From the NCBI GenBank assembly GCA_965215635.1, contig CBDCEA010000005.1, forward strand, positions 325,491 through 389,490: a DNA stretch of 64,000 nt. Direction: 5' to 3'. The position numbers and the translations under genes are program-made. Of this stretch, positions 10,940 to 20,669 are shown one piece after another. Numbering within the stretch: position 1 is the first letter of the stretch; every line of letters begins with the position of its first letter. The notes beneath the pieces were generated by a model. That model saw only the letters and a list, made by a program, of their open reading frames with translations, had not been told where the DNA came from and searched no databases. The stretch comes from Alphaproteobacteria bacterium (GTDB taxonomy: Bacteria > Pseudomonadota > Alphaproteobacteria > SP197).

Positions 10940-11340
10940 TTCAGACCCGTTCATCCGCAGCCGCTGCGACAACAGCAGAACACCCTGATCGGCACGTCGG
11001 CCTCGGCTGCCGCCGGATCCAGGCGTTGCCCGATGATCGGTGCTTCCAGGTATTCGTGCAGACCGCGCAGGCTCCAGACATTGTCAGTGTGCTGAACAGG
11101 GCCGGCGCAGCTTGCCGTCGAGACCCGGATCGGCGCGGTAAACCGTTTCGGTCTCTGCAACCCTTTCCCGCTCCAGCAGCAGTGCCCCGAGAGCATGCCG
11201 GGTCGTCTGCATCCAGCCCCACGGTTGGTCGTAATTGAGACCGTCGTCGAGTTCGGCCGAGCACCGGAGGCGGGTAAACGCCGCATCGTGGTTCCCCTTG
11301 CAATATTCGAACGCCCCTTCAGGCATCTCATCGACCACGA
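10940..11340 (-). pseudogene. decayed duplicate of the 3' end of the TPR gene (frameshifted fragment)
   Basis: Nucleotide stretch 10960-11340 is clearly similar to 8441-8830; translations in two frames (…EYCKGNHDAAFTRLRCSAELDDGLNYDQPWGWMQTTRHALGALL… and …HTDNVWSLRGLHEYLE…DVPIRVFCC…) match the C-terminal 130 aa of the 8427-10079 product. Confidence 0.55.
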
Positions 11341-11459
11341 CAAGGAGGCTGAGGCAGGTACTGTGTCAAAGAACTTGCGTGCCTCCGGAAACCGGTCCTG
11401 CCCGGCTTCGGCGTCCACGATACGACCCGCAAAAAAGTGGCGGCAACGTGCGCGGTACC

Positions 11460-12089
11460 CTATCCGATGATCTGGATGCGTATCGGGGTCGGCCTTCCTC
11501 CCGCTGCGGGATTGTTGACCTGCGGACAATTGGAGATGACGGCCAGCGCATCACACTCGGCCCTGAGGTCGACATGGTCTCCGGGCATCGAGGGACCATC
11601 CACGAACGTGCGTTCCGCAAGGAGGCCGCCTTCATAGACAGGCACCCGGCAGAAGAAGTTTACGTTGGGAACGATGTCGGTCCAGCCCAGACCGTGCCTT
11701 GCCAGCGCGACAAGGAAATTCTCCCGGCATCCCGGCACGCCCTCGATACCATAGAGCATCGCGTTGCTGGGCTCGCTGCAGCAGCCGGCGATGGTGTCGT
11801 GATGGCCGCAGGTATCGGCCACGAAGCTGAACAGGGGCCTTGCGCGGTCGGAATAGAGCGTGTGGCCCTCGGTAAGGTACAGGGTGCCGCTCTTCTTGAT
11901 GGTATTGGGGGCATGATAGCGTTCGGCAGGATCGGCGGCGTTGTAGCAGAGGAAGTCAACGCCCTGTTTTCCCTCGAGGTCGACAATGCGCAGCACCTGG
12001 CCCTGCTGAACAACAGCCGACCACGGAGCTCCCGGCGGCACGATCTCGTCACGCACCACGTTAGGGACATCGTCAGTGATCATAGGCAT
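11460..12089 (-). CDS. DUF1989 family protein (urea-carboxylase-associated family)
   Basis: Family resemblance across the length; start chosen at ATG after GGAGGG (12089); earlier in-frame Met codons lack an RBS. Confidence 0.65.
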   Translation of the reverse strand: MPMITDDVPNVVRDEIVPPGAPWSAVVQQGQVLRIVDLEGKQGVDFLCYNAADPAERYHAPNTIKKSGTLYLTEGHTLYSDRARPLFSFVADTCGHHDTIAGCCSEPSNAMLYGIEGVPGCRENFLVALARHGLGWTDIVPNVNFFCRVPVYEGGLLAERTFVDGPSMPGDHVDLRAECDALAVISNCPQVNNPAAGGRPTPIRIQIIG

Positions 12090-12336
12090 GCCCTCCATCT
12101 GGCATTCGCAACAATCGGATACGGGTAGCCCGTTCATGACATTCTATCCGTTGAACCTGACGCCACCCAATCCCGGACCCATGTTCTCGGGCGTGGGCCC
12201 TGCGCCGTGACCGATACGTCAAGCATACAAGCGGATGCATTGCCCTCTCCTTCGGTCCTGATCCGTTCCGGAGCGGATCAGGACCACCTTCTTGAACCCC
12301 TTCAAGGCGCTTGTGCCGGACCGTGGTATCTCCCGG

Positions 12337-13095
12337 TCAGACAAGAGTCATGCCGCCGTCGACGGGAATGACGGCGCCGGTGACGTAGCCGCCGTCCCTC
12401 GAGACGAGGAAGGCGACGCAGCCGGCGATTTCCTCGGGGAGCCCCAGACGGCTCAGGGGGATGAAGCGCTCAAGCCAGTTCCTTCGCTCGACGGGATCGT
12501 CGAGCCACCCCTCGAGCATGCCGGTATCGATGGGCCCGGGCAGTATGGCATTCACCCTGATCTTCGGAGCGAGTTCGGCGGCGAACTGCATCGTCAGACC
12601 CAGTTGCCCCGCCTTGGCAGCACTGTAGGCACTGCACGCCGAGACCTTGTCCCCCATGACGGCATTGACAGACGAGATGTTGACGATCGATCCCCCTTTG
12701 TCCGCCATGGCCCCGGCTGCGGCCCTCGAGGTGCGCATCACGGCGCTGAGATTGATGGCGAGCGCGTCGTCCCAATCCCTGTCATCGATCCCGTCGACCG
12801 GCGTATAGGGGAAGGTTCCGGCCGCATTCACGAGAATGTCGAGCCTGCCTCCCCACGCCACCGCGGCAGAAACGGCATCGCTTCCCCCTTCCCTTTCCAT
12901 GAGATCGACGGCCTTGCCCGACGCGCTACCGTCATGGTCCACGATACGGTCGATGACGCGATCGAGACGGTCACGCCTGCGCCCGACGATGAAGACCTTT
13001 GCCCCCTCCCGGGCGAGGCGCATGGCCGTTGCCTCTCCGATGCCCGATCCTCCTCCCGTGACGAGGGCGACCTTGCCTTCAATTCCGCGTTTCAT
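12337..13095 (-). CDS. SDR-family oxidoreductase
   Basis: N-terminal Rossmann motif VTGGGSGIG; start MKRGIEGKVALVTGG at 13095 after GGAGG. Confidence 0.85.
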   Translation of the reverse strand: MKRGIEGKVALVTGGGSGIGEATAMRLAREGAKVFIVGRRRDRLDRVIDRIVDHDGSASGKAVDLMEREGGSDAVSAAVAWGGRLDILVNAAGTFPYTPVDGIDDRDWDDALAINLSAVMRTSRAAAGAMADKGGSIVNISSVNAVMGDKVSACSAYSAAKAGQLGLTMQFAAELAPKIRVNAILPGPIDTGMLEGWLDDPVERRNWLERFIPLSRLGLPEEIAGCVAFLVSRDGGYVTGAVIPVDGGMTLV

Positions 13096-13234
13096 GAACA
13101 TCCTCCCTTCCCGACTGCAAGACATGGTGCGACTTCGGTGAGCCGGTCGCAACGGGCTTCGACAGGGCGGCAGTTGTCGGTCGACCTCTCCCTGCCCTAT
13201 CGTCGGCAGACTCTGGCGGGAGGCGCGATCGGGA

Positions 13235-13996
13235 ATGGGACGACTTCAGAATGGCACGGCGCTGGTGACTGGCGCCGCTTCGGGCATCGGATTCCTCACC
13301 GCCCGGCGCATGATCGAGGAAGGCGCAAGGGTGGCGATGACCGACATCAACGAAGCCGGTCTTGCGGTCGCAGCCGGTCCCCTGGGAGATTCGGTTCTGA
13401 CCATCCGGCACGACGTGACAAGCGAGGAGTCCTGGATCCATGCCATCAGACAAGCCGTTGCGGTGTTTGGACGGCTTTCGATCCTCGTCAACAGCGCCGG
13501 GACGGGTCGGTCCACCAATGTCGAGGAGACGACCCTCGAGGACTGGCGAAACGTCATGGCCGTCAACGCCGACGGGACCTTTCTGGGCTGCAAGCACGGG
13601 GTGCTTGCCATGAAGCAGTCGGGCGGCGGCTCGATCGTCAATCTCTCGTCTGTCTCCGGCCTTGTCGGCGGCCACAATCTTGCCGCCTACAACGCCAGCA
13701 AGGGCGCGGTGCGCCTTCTCACCAAGTCCGTAGCCCTCCATTGCGCCCGCAAGAGGTACAACATCCGCTGCAATTCGGTGCATCCGGCGTTCATCGAGAC
13801 GCCGATGGTGGAGTCGCTGATCGAGAACAGCCGGGACCCTTCGAACACCCGCGCAAGACTCGAGGCCCAGATACCGCTTCGCCGCCTCGGCACGGCAAGG
13901 GAGGTCGCCGACATGATCGTCTATCTTGCCGGCACCGAAAGCGCCTTCGTGACCGGTGCCGAATTCGTGATCGATGGCGGCCTGACGGCAGGCTGA
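13235..13996 (+). CDS. SDR-family oxidoreductase
   Basis: TGAASGIG Rossmann motif, catalytic YxxxK (YNASK). Confidence 0.85.
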   Translation: MGRLQNGTALVTGAASGIGFLTARRMIEEGARVAMTDINEAGLAVAAGPLGDSVLTIRHDVTSEESWIHAIRQAVAVFGRLSILVNSAGTGRSTNVEETTLEDWRNVMAVNADGTFLGCKHGVLAMKQSGGGSIVNLSSVSGLVGGHNLAAYNASKGAVRLLTKSVALHCARKRYNIRCNSVHPAFIETPMVESLIENSRDPSNTRARLEAQIPLRRLGTAREVADMIVYLAGTESAFVTGAEFVIDGGLTAG

Positions 13997-14005
13997 ATCG
14001 ACGGT

Positions 14006-14758
14006 TCAGGTCCGCCAGTCGGTTCCCCGGGCTCTCTCGAGCTGGGTCATGAGGGAGGACCATTCCATGCCCGAACGGGCGTGGCCCTTCGAGCCGAGGA
14101 TGCGACGGCCCTGCTCGATGGTCTTCTCCTGCACGTCAAGGGATGGGTAGCGAAGCGAAGCGCCACCTGCCATGCCGTCGATCTGATAACGGCAGGCTGC
14201 TTCCATGCGGTGCATCCAGACAAAGGCGGCGCCGATGCTCTCTCCGCAGGTGAGCAGTCCGTGGTTGCGCAGAACGAGGATCATGTTGTCCCCGAGATCC
14301 CGGACGAGACGCTCCTGCTCGTCGGCGTCGAGGACGACACCCTCGAAATCGTGATACGCGATCCAGCCCATCAGGATGAGGGCCTTCTGGGTGAGCGGCA
14401 GGAGTCCGGCCTCCTGCATGGCCACGGCATTGCCGGCCCGCGTGTGGGTATGAAGCACGCAGTGGACATCCGGACGCGCATCGTGGACCGCGCGGTGAAT
14501 CAGGAAACCGGCAGGATTGATGTCGCCGTCGCCACCTGCATCGACCCTGACGAGGGAACTGGCCGTAATCTGGTCGAACAGCACTCCATAGGGATTGAAA
14601 AGCAGGTAATCGGTCCCCGGAATGCGGGCCGAGATGTGGGTGCTTGAAAGATCCGACCAGCCGTAGAGATCGACGAGCTGGTAGCATGCCGCGAGTTCGC
14701 AACGAACCTGCCACTCCTCGAGTGACATGGTGTCAGGGACGGGCCGTGGTTTCGACAT
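14006..14758 (-). CDS. class II aldolase/adducin-family protein
   Basis: Conserved metal-binding His motifs (HTHT, NHG) and family-wide similarity; paralogous to 57362-58120. Confidence 0.85.
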   Translation of the reverse strand: MSKPRPVPDTMSLEEWQVRCELAACYQLVDLYGWSDLSSTHISARIPGTDYLLFNPYGVLFDQITASSLVRVDAGGDGDINPAGFLIHRAVHDARPDVHCVLHTHTRAGNAVAMQEAGLLPLTQKALILMGWIAYHDFEGVVLDADEQERLVRDLGDNMILVLRNHGLLTCGESIGAAFVWMHRMEAACRYQIDGMAGGASLRYPSLDVQEKTIEQGRRILGSKGHARSGMEWSSLMTQLERARGTDWRT

Positions 14759-14889
14759 GGCATACCTTCGTCTGAAAAGCCGACGGCAAGTCTACCGCAT
14801 TGTCAGTCGCTCGCCGTACCAAAAAATTGTTACGGATGCGCGAAATTCTGTTCACGGGCCGAGAAATCCGGTGACAGATTCCTGATGCC

Positions 14890-15500
14890 GATTCTCAAGG
14901 GCAGACCGCCATGGATGGCGTCGCCTCAAGGTCGCGGTACAAGATCACATGCATCGACAATGCCGGTGACCGGGTGGTTGTCCACTGGGAAGATGCACCG
15001 AAGCCGTTTCGACGCGGTCTGGTCGCGCAGCCGTTGCAACAGCACCGAGGAACGCCGGCATCGTCGCTGAAAGCCCGTGCTGTGGGACAATGATCTCGAG
15101 GGCCGTCCCCCCGAAGCGCGCTACCGTGCCTGCATCGAGGAAAAGGCAGCGCATCCTGGCATGCTGGCACTGCGGGATTACGGTTTCGTTCTCGTGTGCG
15201 GCATCCCCGCGGATCCCGACCGAACCGAGGCCATCGCGTCCCTTGCAGGGCCTCTTCGAATCACGAACTACGCAAGATTTTCCTGCAAGCCGGACACCCT
15301 GGCTTTCGGCGACCTGCCCGATGACGGGATCCGCCCCTTCTACCGTGCCCTGCGCCTCCTGCAGAAAATGCTCTTCGATCCGGTGCACCGGATCACCGTC
15401 CCGTCGCTTCCGGCGAGGCGCTGTTCTTCAACAACCAGCGCGTGCTGCATGGCCGATCGCAGTTTGCGGTCGACAGCAACCGCCAGATGAGGTCGTGCAA
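14890..15500 (+). pseudogene. gamma-butyrobetaine-dioxygenase-like (DUF971 + TauD/TfdA fold) pseudogene, frameshifted with internal deletion
   Basis: Pieces in three frames: VVVHWEDAPKPF / RFDAVWSRSRC (cf. WLRDNCPC zinc motif) / GFVLVCGIPADPD…LRITNY… / IRPFYRALRLL… / NNQRVLHGRSQF (cf. C-terminal RLLHGR motif); the central 2OG/Fe core (HTD region) is absent. Confidence 0.5.
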
Positions 15501-15525
15501 CGTCGAATCGGGGGTTCCTTCCGGA

Positions 15526-17541
15526 TCAGCCTGTTCCGCTGGCGTTCGCCCGAAGATCGGCGCGCAGCACGGACAGAATGCGTGCGACACACGACAGTGT
15601 CACAACCTCTCCATCCCCGAGGCGTCTGCGAACCTCGTTTTCAAGACGTCGGTGAACAAATTGCCGCAGCTGGACGGGAAGGTCCGATGCGGCAGTTGCG
15701 ATGGCATCCTCAAGCGCGTCGCTCCAGAGCGCCGAATGGGCTTTGCGGGCCGGTCCGAATCCGTAAAGCGGCGGTTCGGTCCAGCCCCTTTCCTCCCGGA
15801 TTGCCGTGCGTCGCCGTATCGTCGCCGCAACATCGACCCCACCGTCCTTCCCGATCACGACCCCGTAGTGGCGCTCGGCACTCTCGCAATGGACAACACC
15901 GTTCGCGACGTCCTCGGTCACACTCTCCGCCGGCCGTTCGAGAGGATCACCGAAGCCTCCGCCTCCCTGGGTTCCGATCTTCAGCACATCGCCGGGTTCC
16001 AGTTCGAGCACATCGATTTTGCCGAGATCGCGTTCCTGCGACGTCCCGGGATTGAGCGTCGTGTAGCCCGTGGCGCCCATGTGGCCACCGAGCCTCCCGG
16101 GAGGTCCGAAGATATAGCGTTCCATGCATCGCGATGTGATCGAGGTGTAGGGCGAGGAGGTCTCGAACTCGATCTCGATGCCGGTGCCGCCGCGATAGCG
16201 GCCCGGGCCTCCGGAATCCTCCCTCAGTCCGTAGTGGCGGATCAGGATTTCCGGCATCTCGTTCTCGAAGATCTCCGTCGGGATGTTCTTCAGGAAGTTC
16301 AGGATCACCATGGTGCCGTCGACGCCGTCGGCCACTGGGCGGCCCCCGGATCCACCGACGATGGGCTGGATGACCGATACCCTGTTGCCGCCGGTCTCGA
16401 AATCCGGAACCGAAACCAGGAGGATGGAGCCCTGCCCCGAATCGGTTGCGGGAAGCTCCATTGGCACGGCCTGGGCAAGCGCGCCCACGGTGACATCGCA
16501 GACCTTGTGGCTGGTCGCATAGCGCGCGCCGCAAGCGGCCCCCGGTTCGGGATTGAGGATCGTTCCCTTCGGAATCTCCACCTTCATCGGGCGCACCAGC
16601 CCGGCGTTGTAGGCGATACGGGAGTCCTGTGTGCAAAGCCAGTTCACCAGCCCGGTGATGAGCATCCAGTGCCCGTCGTGGTTGTAGGTCGGAATATTGA
16701 GCGCGGCCCTCACCTGGGGCGCCGAGCCCGTGAAGTCGAGCAGCATTTCGTCGCCGCGGACTGTCAGGGTGACGTGAATGCGCACCAGGTCGAGGCCCAC
16801 CATGTCGGCCTCGATGTAGTCGGTGTAGCGGTAGCTCCCGTCGGGAACATGGGAAATCACGCGGCGCGCCTGGGCCTCGGCGTAGTCGAGAACCTGATCG
16901 ATCGTCTCATCGATCGCCGCATGGCCGTACTGGCCGACGAGTTCACGGACCCTGCGGTCCGCCGTCGCCAGTCCGGCAAGACAGGCTTTCATGTCGCCCC
17001 AGTTCTGGTCAGGTGTCCGGCAGTTGGCGAGGATCGTGTCGAGCAGGGGCCGGTTGAGCACGCCGCCGCAGGAGAGCTTCTGCGGCGGAATGCGCAGGCC
17101 TTCCTGGATCATCTCGTGACTTGAGGGCGCGATCGATCCCGGAACGCGGCCGCCGATATCGGAGACATGGATGAAGGTCCAGGCCCAGCACAACAGTTCG
17201 CCTTCGATGAAGACCGGTGTCCACAGATAGACATCGGAAAGATGCGTCGCCATGCCCCGGGTGGCGTCCGGATCGTTGGAGATGAAGATGTCGCCTTCGG
17301 CCACATCGTCGCCGATGCGTTCCAGCGCCCCTTCCATGGGCATGCCGATCATCATCAGCACGCCGTAGCGGCGCGGCGCGGCGAACACCTCACCGGAGCG
17401 CGAAACGAGGACCGAACCGTAGTCCTGAGTCTCCTTGACGAACACGGTATGCGCCGTGCGCGAGACGACCTGCGCCATCTCGTCGACGATGGCCTGGAAA
17501 CGGTTGAGGAGAATCTCGAGGCGAACGGGATCATCCATCAT
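15526..17541 (-). CDS. hyuB: hydantoinase B / 5-oxoprolinase subunit (HyuB family)
   Basis: 671-aa ORF with characteristic HyuB/OplaH B-domain sequence; ATGA overlap with upstream hyuA. Confidence 0.9.
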   Translation of the reverse strand: MMDDPVRLEILLNRFQAIVDEMAQVVSRTAHTVFVKETQDYGSVLVSRSGEVFAAPRRYGVLMMIGMPMEGALERIGDDVAEGDIFISNDPDATRGMATHLSDVYLWTPVFIEGELLCWAWTFIHVSDIGGRVPGSIAPSSHEMIQEGLRIPPQKLSCGGVLNRPLLDTILANCRTPDQNWGDMKACLAGLATADRRVRELVGQYGHAAIDETIDQVLDYAEAQARRVISHVPDGSYRYTDYIEADMVGLDLVRIHVTLTVRGDEMLLDFTGSAPQVRAALNIPTYNHDGHWMLITGLVNWLCTQDSRIAYNAGLVRPMKVEIPKGTILNPEPGAACGARYATSHKVCDVTVGALAQAVPMELPATDSGQGSILLVSVPDFETGGNRVSVIQPIVGGSGGRPVADGVDGTMVILNFLKNIPTEIFENEMPEILIRHYGLREDSGGPGRYRGGTGIEIEFETSSPYTSITSRCMERYIFGPPGRLGGHMGATGYTTLNPGTSQERDLGKIDVLELEPGDVLKIGTQGGGGFGDPLERPAESVTEDVANGVVHCESAERHYGVVIGKDGGVDVAATIRRRTAIREERGWTEPPLYGFGPARKAHSALWSDALEDAIATAASDLPVQLRQFVHRRLENEVRRRLGDGEVVTLSCVARILSVLRADLRANASGTG

Positions 17542-19568
17542 CTGCGTTCCCCGATCAGGTTGCCGTGGTCATCCACCGTGATGTCGAAACCGGCCGGAAC
17601 CCATGTCGTGGTGTCGTACTGCTCGATCACGACAGGCCCCGAATAGACCCTTCCTCTTCCGAGATCCTCGCGGCGCCACACCGCCGCCTCGAAGACTTCG
17701 CCGTGTTCGTGGACGAGGCGCACGCCCCCGGGGGCCCCCTCCCGGGAACTGGAAACCGCACCGACCGGAGGTTTCGGCGTCACACCGACAATCTGGAGTC
17801 GCGCCTCCAGCATGCGCACGGGAGCCTCCGGGTCGTGGTAGCCGTAGATCCGCTGGTAGCGGTCGAGAAACCACATCTCGAGGTCGGCCGCGCCGAAGTC
17901 CCTGGTATCGGGGAACGGGACGTTCACCTCGTAGGACTGCCCGACATGGCAGAGATCCGCCGAACGCAGGACATGGACCTCCTTCATTCCGACGTCCTGT
18001 TCGGCAAGCCAGTCGCCGGCCTCCGACTCGAGGCGGCCGAAGATGTCGCGAAGTTCGTCGTCGGGGCAGGCGTCGAGATCGCGCCAGACGCTCTGCACGA
18101 AATCGGCGCGAAAGTCTGCAACCAGGCACCCCAGAGCACACAGGGTCCCGGGGGACGGCGGCACGATGATGCGCCGCATGTCGAGTTCCCGCGCGAGCAT
18201 GAAAGCCTGGGTCGGACCGGCGGCACCATAGGCGAGCAAGGAGAATCCTGCCGTGTCGATGCCCCGCCTCGCCATCTGCGGCATCAGCTGCGAATAGATG
18301 TTCGCTGTCGTGACCTGAAGGATGGCATCGGCGGTCTCGCTTCGCGTGCGGCCCAGGACCGGCGCCAGCGTATCGATGGCGGCATGGGCCCTTGCGCCTT
18401 CCAGAACCATCGTGCCATCGAGAAAACTCTTCGCAGCGATGATCCCCGCCGTGAGGTAGGCGTCGGTGACGGTCGGCCGCGTGCCTCCTTTCCCGTAGCA
18501 GGCCGGACCCGGCGAGGCGCCCGCGCTTTCCGGTCCGACCTTGAGGACACCTTCCGCATCCGTCCAGGCGACCGAACCGCCGCCGGCGCCGACAGCCGAC
18601 ACATCGACGGCCGGCATGATGACGGGAATGTCCCCGATCGTGTTGTCCGTGGCATGACCGATCGACCCGTGAACGATCGACACATCGACGCTGGTGCCGC
18701 CCATGTCGAGCGTGACGACATCCTCGTCACCGATCGCCGCTGCAACGTGGTGGGCACCGATGACGCCGGACGCCGGGCCCGAGAGCAGGGTCTCGACCGG
18801 ACGCCGGGCTGCGGACGCCGCACTCATCACCCCACCGTTCGACTTCGTCGAGAAAACGCGGCAGGTCATGCCGAGATCGGCGGTCCGCTTCTCCAGGGTC
18901 GTGAAGTAGGTCTTCATGCGATCGCCCACATAGGCGTTGATGACGCAGATCAGAGAGCGTTCGTATTCGCGCTGCTGGGGCCACACCTGCGAAGACGTGG
19001 TGACGTAGAGTCCCGGAAAACTCTCGGCGATCCAGCGGCTGGCCAGCCATTCGTGCTGCGGATTCCGGTGGGCGTGGAGGAAGCACACCGCGACGGTTTC
19101 CACGCCCTCGTCGAGCAGGAAACGTACCTGGGCTTCCACATCGTCGCGCCGGACCGGATGCCTGACCTCGCCGTTCGACAGCATCCTCTCGTCGACCGCA
19201 CGCACCAGCCGTCTGGGAACCAGCGGCACGGGTTTCGGCACAAAAAAATCGTTGGCCTTCGGCAGGCGCAGCCGGCGCAATTCAAGGGTATCGGTGAACC
19301 CCCGGGTCATCAGAACCCCGGTCCTTGCGCCGTTCCGTTCGAGAAGCGTGTTCACCGCAAGTGTCGTGCCATGCGCGAAGTAACGGATATCGGCCGGATC
19401 GACGCCGTGGCGACCGGCGATTTCCGCGATACCGTTGGCGACGGCAAGGGAGGGGTCTTCGGGAGTCGACGGGGTCTTCAGCGCGATCACCTCTCCCGAC
19501 TGCTCGTCCATGAGCTGGAAATCGGTGAAAGTCCCGCCGATATCGACGCCGAGACGGTAACGGGTCAC
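17538..19568 (-). CDS. hyuA: hydantoinase A / oxoprolinase subunit (HyuA family)
   Basis: N-terminal GVDIGGTFTD ATPase motif; probable GTG start at 19568 after AAGAGGGG (track ORF extends to 19634). Confidence 0.85.
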   Translation of the reverse strand: MTRYRLGVDIGGTFTDFQLMDEQSGEVIALKTPSTPEDPSLAVANGIAEIAGRHGVDPADIRYFAHGTTLAVNTLLERNGARTGVLMTRGFTDTLELRRLRLPKANDFFVPKPVPLVPRRLVRAVDERMLSNGEVRHPVRRDDVEAQVRFLLDEGVETVAVCFLHAHRNPQHEWLASRWIAESFPGLYVTTSSQVWPQQREYERSLICVINAYVGDRMKTYFTTLEKRTADLGMTCRVFSTKSNGGVMSAASAARRPVETLLSGPASGVIGAHHVAAAIGDEDVVTLDMGGTSVDVSIVHGSIGHATDNTIGDIPVIMPAVDVSAVGAGGGSVAWTDAEGVLKVGPESAGASPGPACYGKGGTRPTVTDAYLTAGIIAAKSFLDGTMVLEGARAHAAIDTLAPVLGRTRSETADAILQVTTANIYSQLMPQMARRGIDTAGFSLLAYGAAGPTQAFMLARELDMRRIIVPPSPGTLCALGCLVADFRADFVQSVWRDLDACPDDELRDIFGRLESEAGDWLAEQDVGMKEVHVLRSADLCHVGQSYEVNVPFPDTRDFGAADLEMWFLDRYQRIYGYHDPEAPVRMLEARLQIVGVTPKPPVGAVSSSREGAPGGVRLVHEHGEVFEAAVWRREDLGRGRVYSGPVVIEQYDTTTWVPAGFDITVDDHGNLIGERR

Positions 19569-19605
19569 GCCGTCCCACCCCTCTTGATGACGACCGGGAT
19601 GCGGT

Positions 19606-20619
19606 TCAGTCGCCGGCACCGGGCGCCGGCGCATCCTTCGACCGGCGGCCGAGCAGCTGGTAGAGTTCGTGCTCGCGGCGAACCAGTTCGTGGTCGTTGT
19701 TCTCCTGCCTGACGGCTTCGACCGACTTGCGGTTCTTCTGGTGTTCCGCCTTCAGCGCGCGGATGAAGCTGCCATCCCTGATATTGGCGATCATTTCGCG
19801 CATGCCCTCGAGGGTCTTCTCCTCGTCGAAGTACTTCTTCGACCAGACGAGATGGCCGAACTGGGCCGTGGAACTGGTCCGTTTCATGCGCTCGAATGCG
19901 CCGAGATCCCGTCCGTATTCGGCGAACTTGACGCTTTCTCCCGAAGCATAGAGATCAAGCATCACCGCTTCCGGCGAACAGCCGGCCTCGACAAGAGCGG
20001 TATACATGGCGCGCAAGGCGTAGAGGCCCGGCTGGTGTTCCTCGAAGAGATCGATCAGGACCTCTTCCTCGAAGCTCGACTCGAGTGCTCCCATCCTCGT
20101 CGTACCGATCGCCTTGGAGATCGCAAGACACCGTTCGAGCGCCTTCCCGCTGGCATTCTGCGCCACGGCGATCAGGCTCGGAAAACCCCGCCCCTCGAGA
20201 AACGTCGCTCTTACGCCTTCGCCGAGCATGCGGGGTGCCACCATCACGACATCGATGTCAGGGACGGGGACGATCTCCCGGTAGTGGATGTTGAAACCGT
20301 GCGCGAAACTCATGACATCGCCCGGCTTGAGGCTCTTCTTCACCTGGTTCTCGTAAACGTCAGGCTGGCTGTCGTCGGAGGTCAGCATCATCAGGACATC
20401 GGCCCTTGCAGCCGCATCCTCGATTGTGAGCAGGTCCCAGCCGTCCGCACGGGCAATGTCGGCATACTCGTCCTCGATGTTGCCGACGACCACATCGACG
20501 CCCATGTCCTTCATGTTGAGCGCCTGGCTGCGTCCCTGGTTACCGTAGCCGATGACCGCAACACTCCTGCCGTCAAGCAGTGAAAGGTCGGCATCATCAT
20601 CAAAGAAAAACCTGCTCAT
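19606..20619 (-). CDS. ilvC: ketol-acid reductoisomerase-like NAD(P)H oxidoreductase (class I KARI fold)
   Basis: Start MSRFFFDDDADLSLLDGRSVAVIGYGNQG at 20619 after GGAGA; about 337 aa; N-terminal Rossmann plus C-terminal knotted domain typical of class I KARI; physiological substrate uncertain. Confidence 0.7.
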   Translation of the reverse strand: MSRFFFDDDADLSLLDGRSVAVIGYGNQGRSQALNMKDMGVDVVVGNIEDEYADIARADGWDLLTIEDAAARADVLMMLTSDDSQPDVYENQVKKSLKPGDVMSFAHGFNIHYREIVPVPDIDVVMVAPRMLGEGVRATFLEGRGFPSLIAVAQNASGKALERCLAISKAIGTTRMGALESSFEEEVLIDLFEEHQPGLYALRAMYTALVEAGCSPEAVMLDLYASGESVKFAEYGRDLGAFERMKRTSSTAQFGHLVWSKKYFDEEKTLEGMREMIANIRDGSFIRALKAEHQKNRKSVEAVRQENNDHELVRREHELYQLLGRRSKDAPAPGAGD

Positions 20620-20669
20620 GACATCTCCACAAACTTGCTCCAGAAGGAACTGTAGCACATACATGACCC

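Noticed and set aside
12292-14052. 586-aa plus-strand ORF spanning two SDR genes
   Set aside because: Out-of-frame/antisense overlap with two well-supported SDR genes; Arg/Gly/Asp-rich low-complexity translation.
15442-17124. 560-aa plus-strand ORF
   Set aside because: Antisense to hyuB; no recognisable domain.
17565-19712. 715-aa plus-strand ORF
   Set aside because: Antisense to hyuA; Arg-rich nonsense composition.
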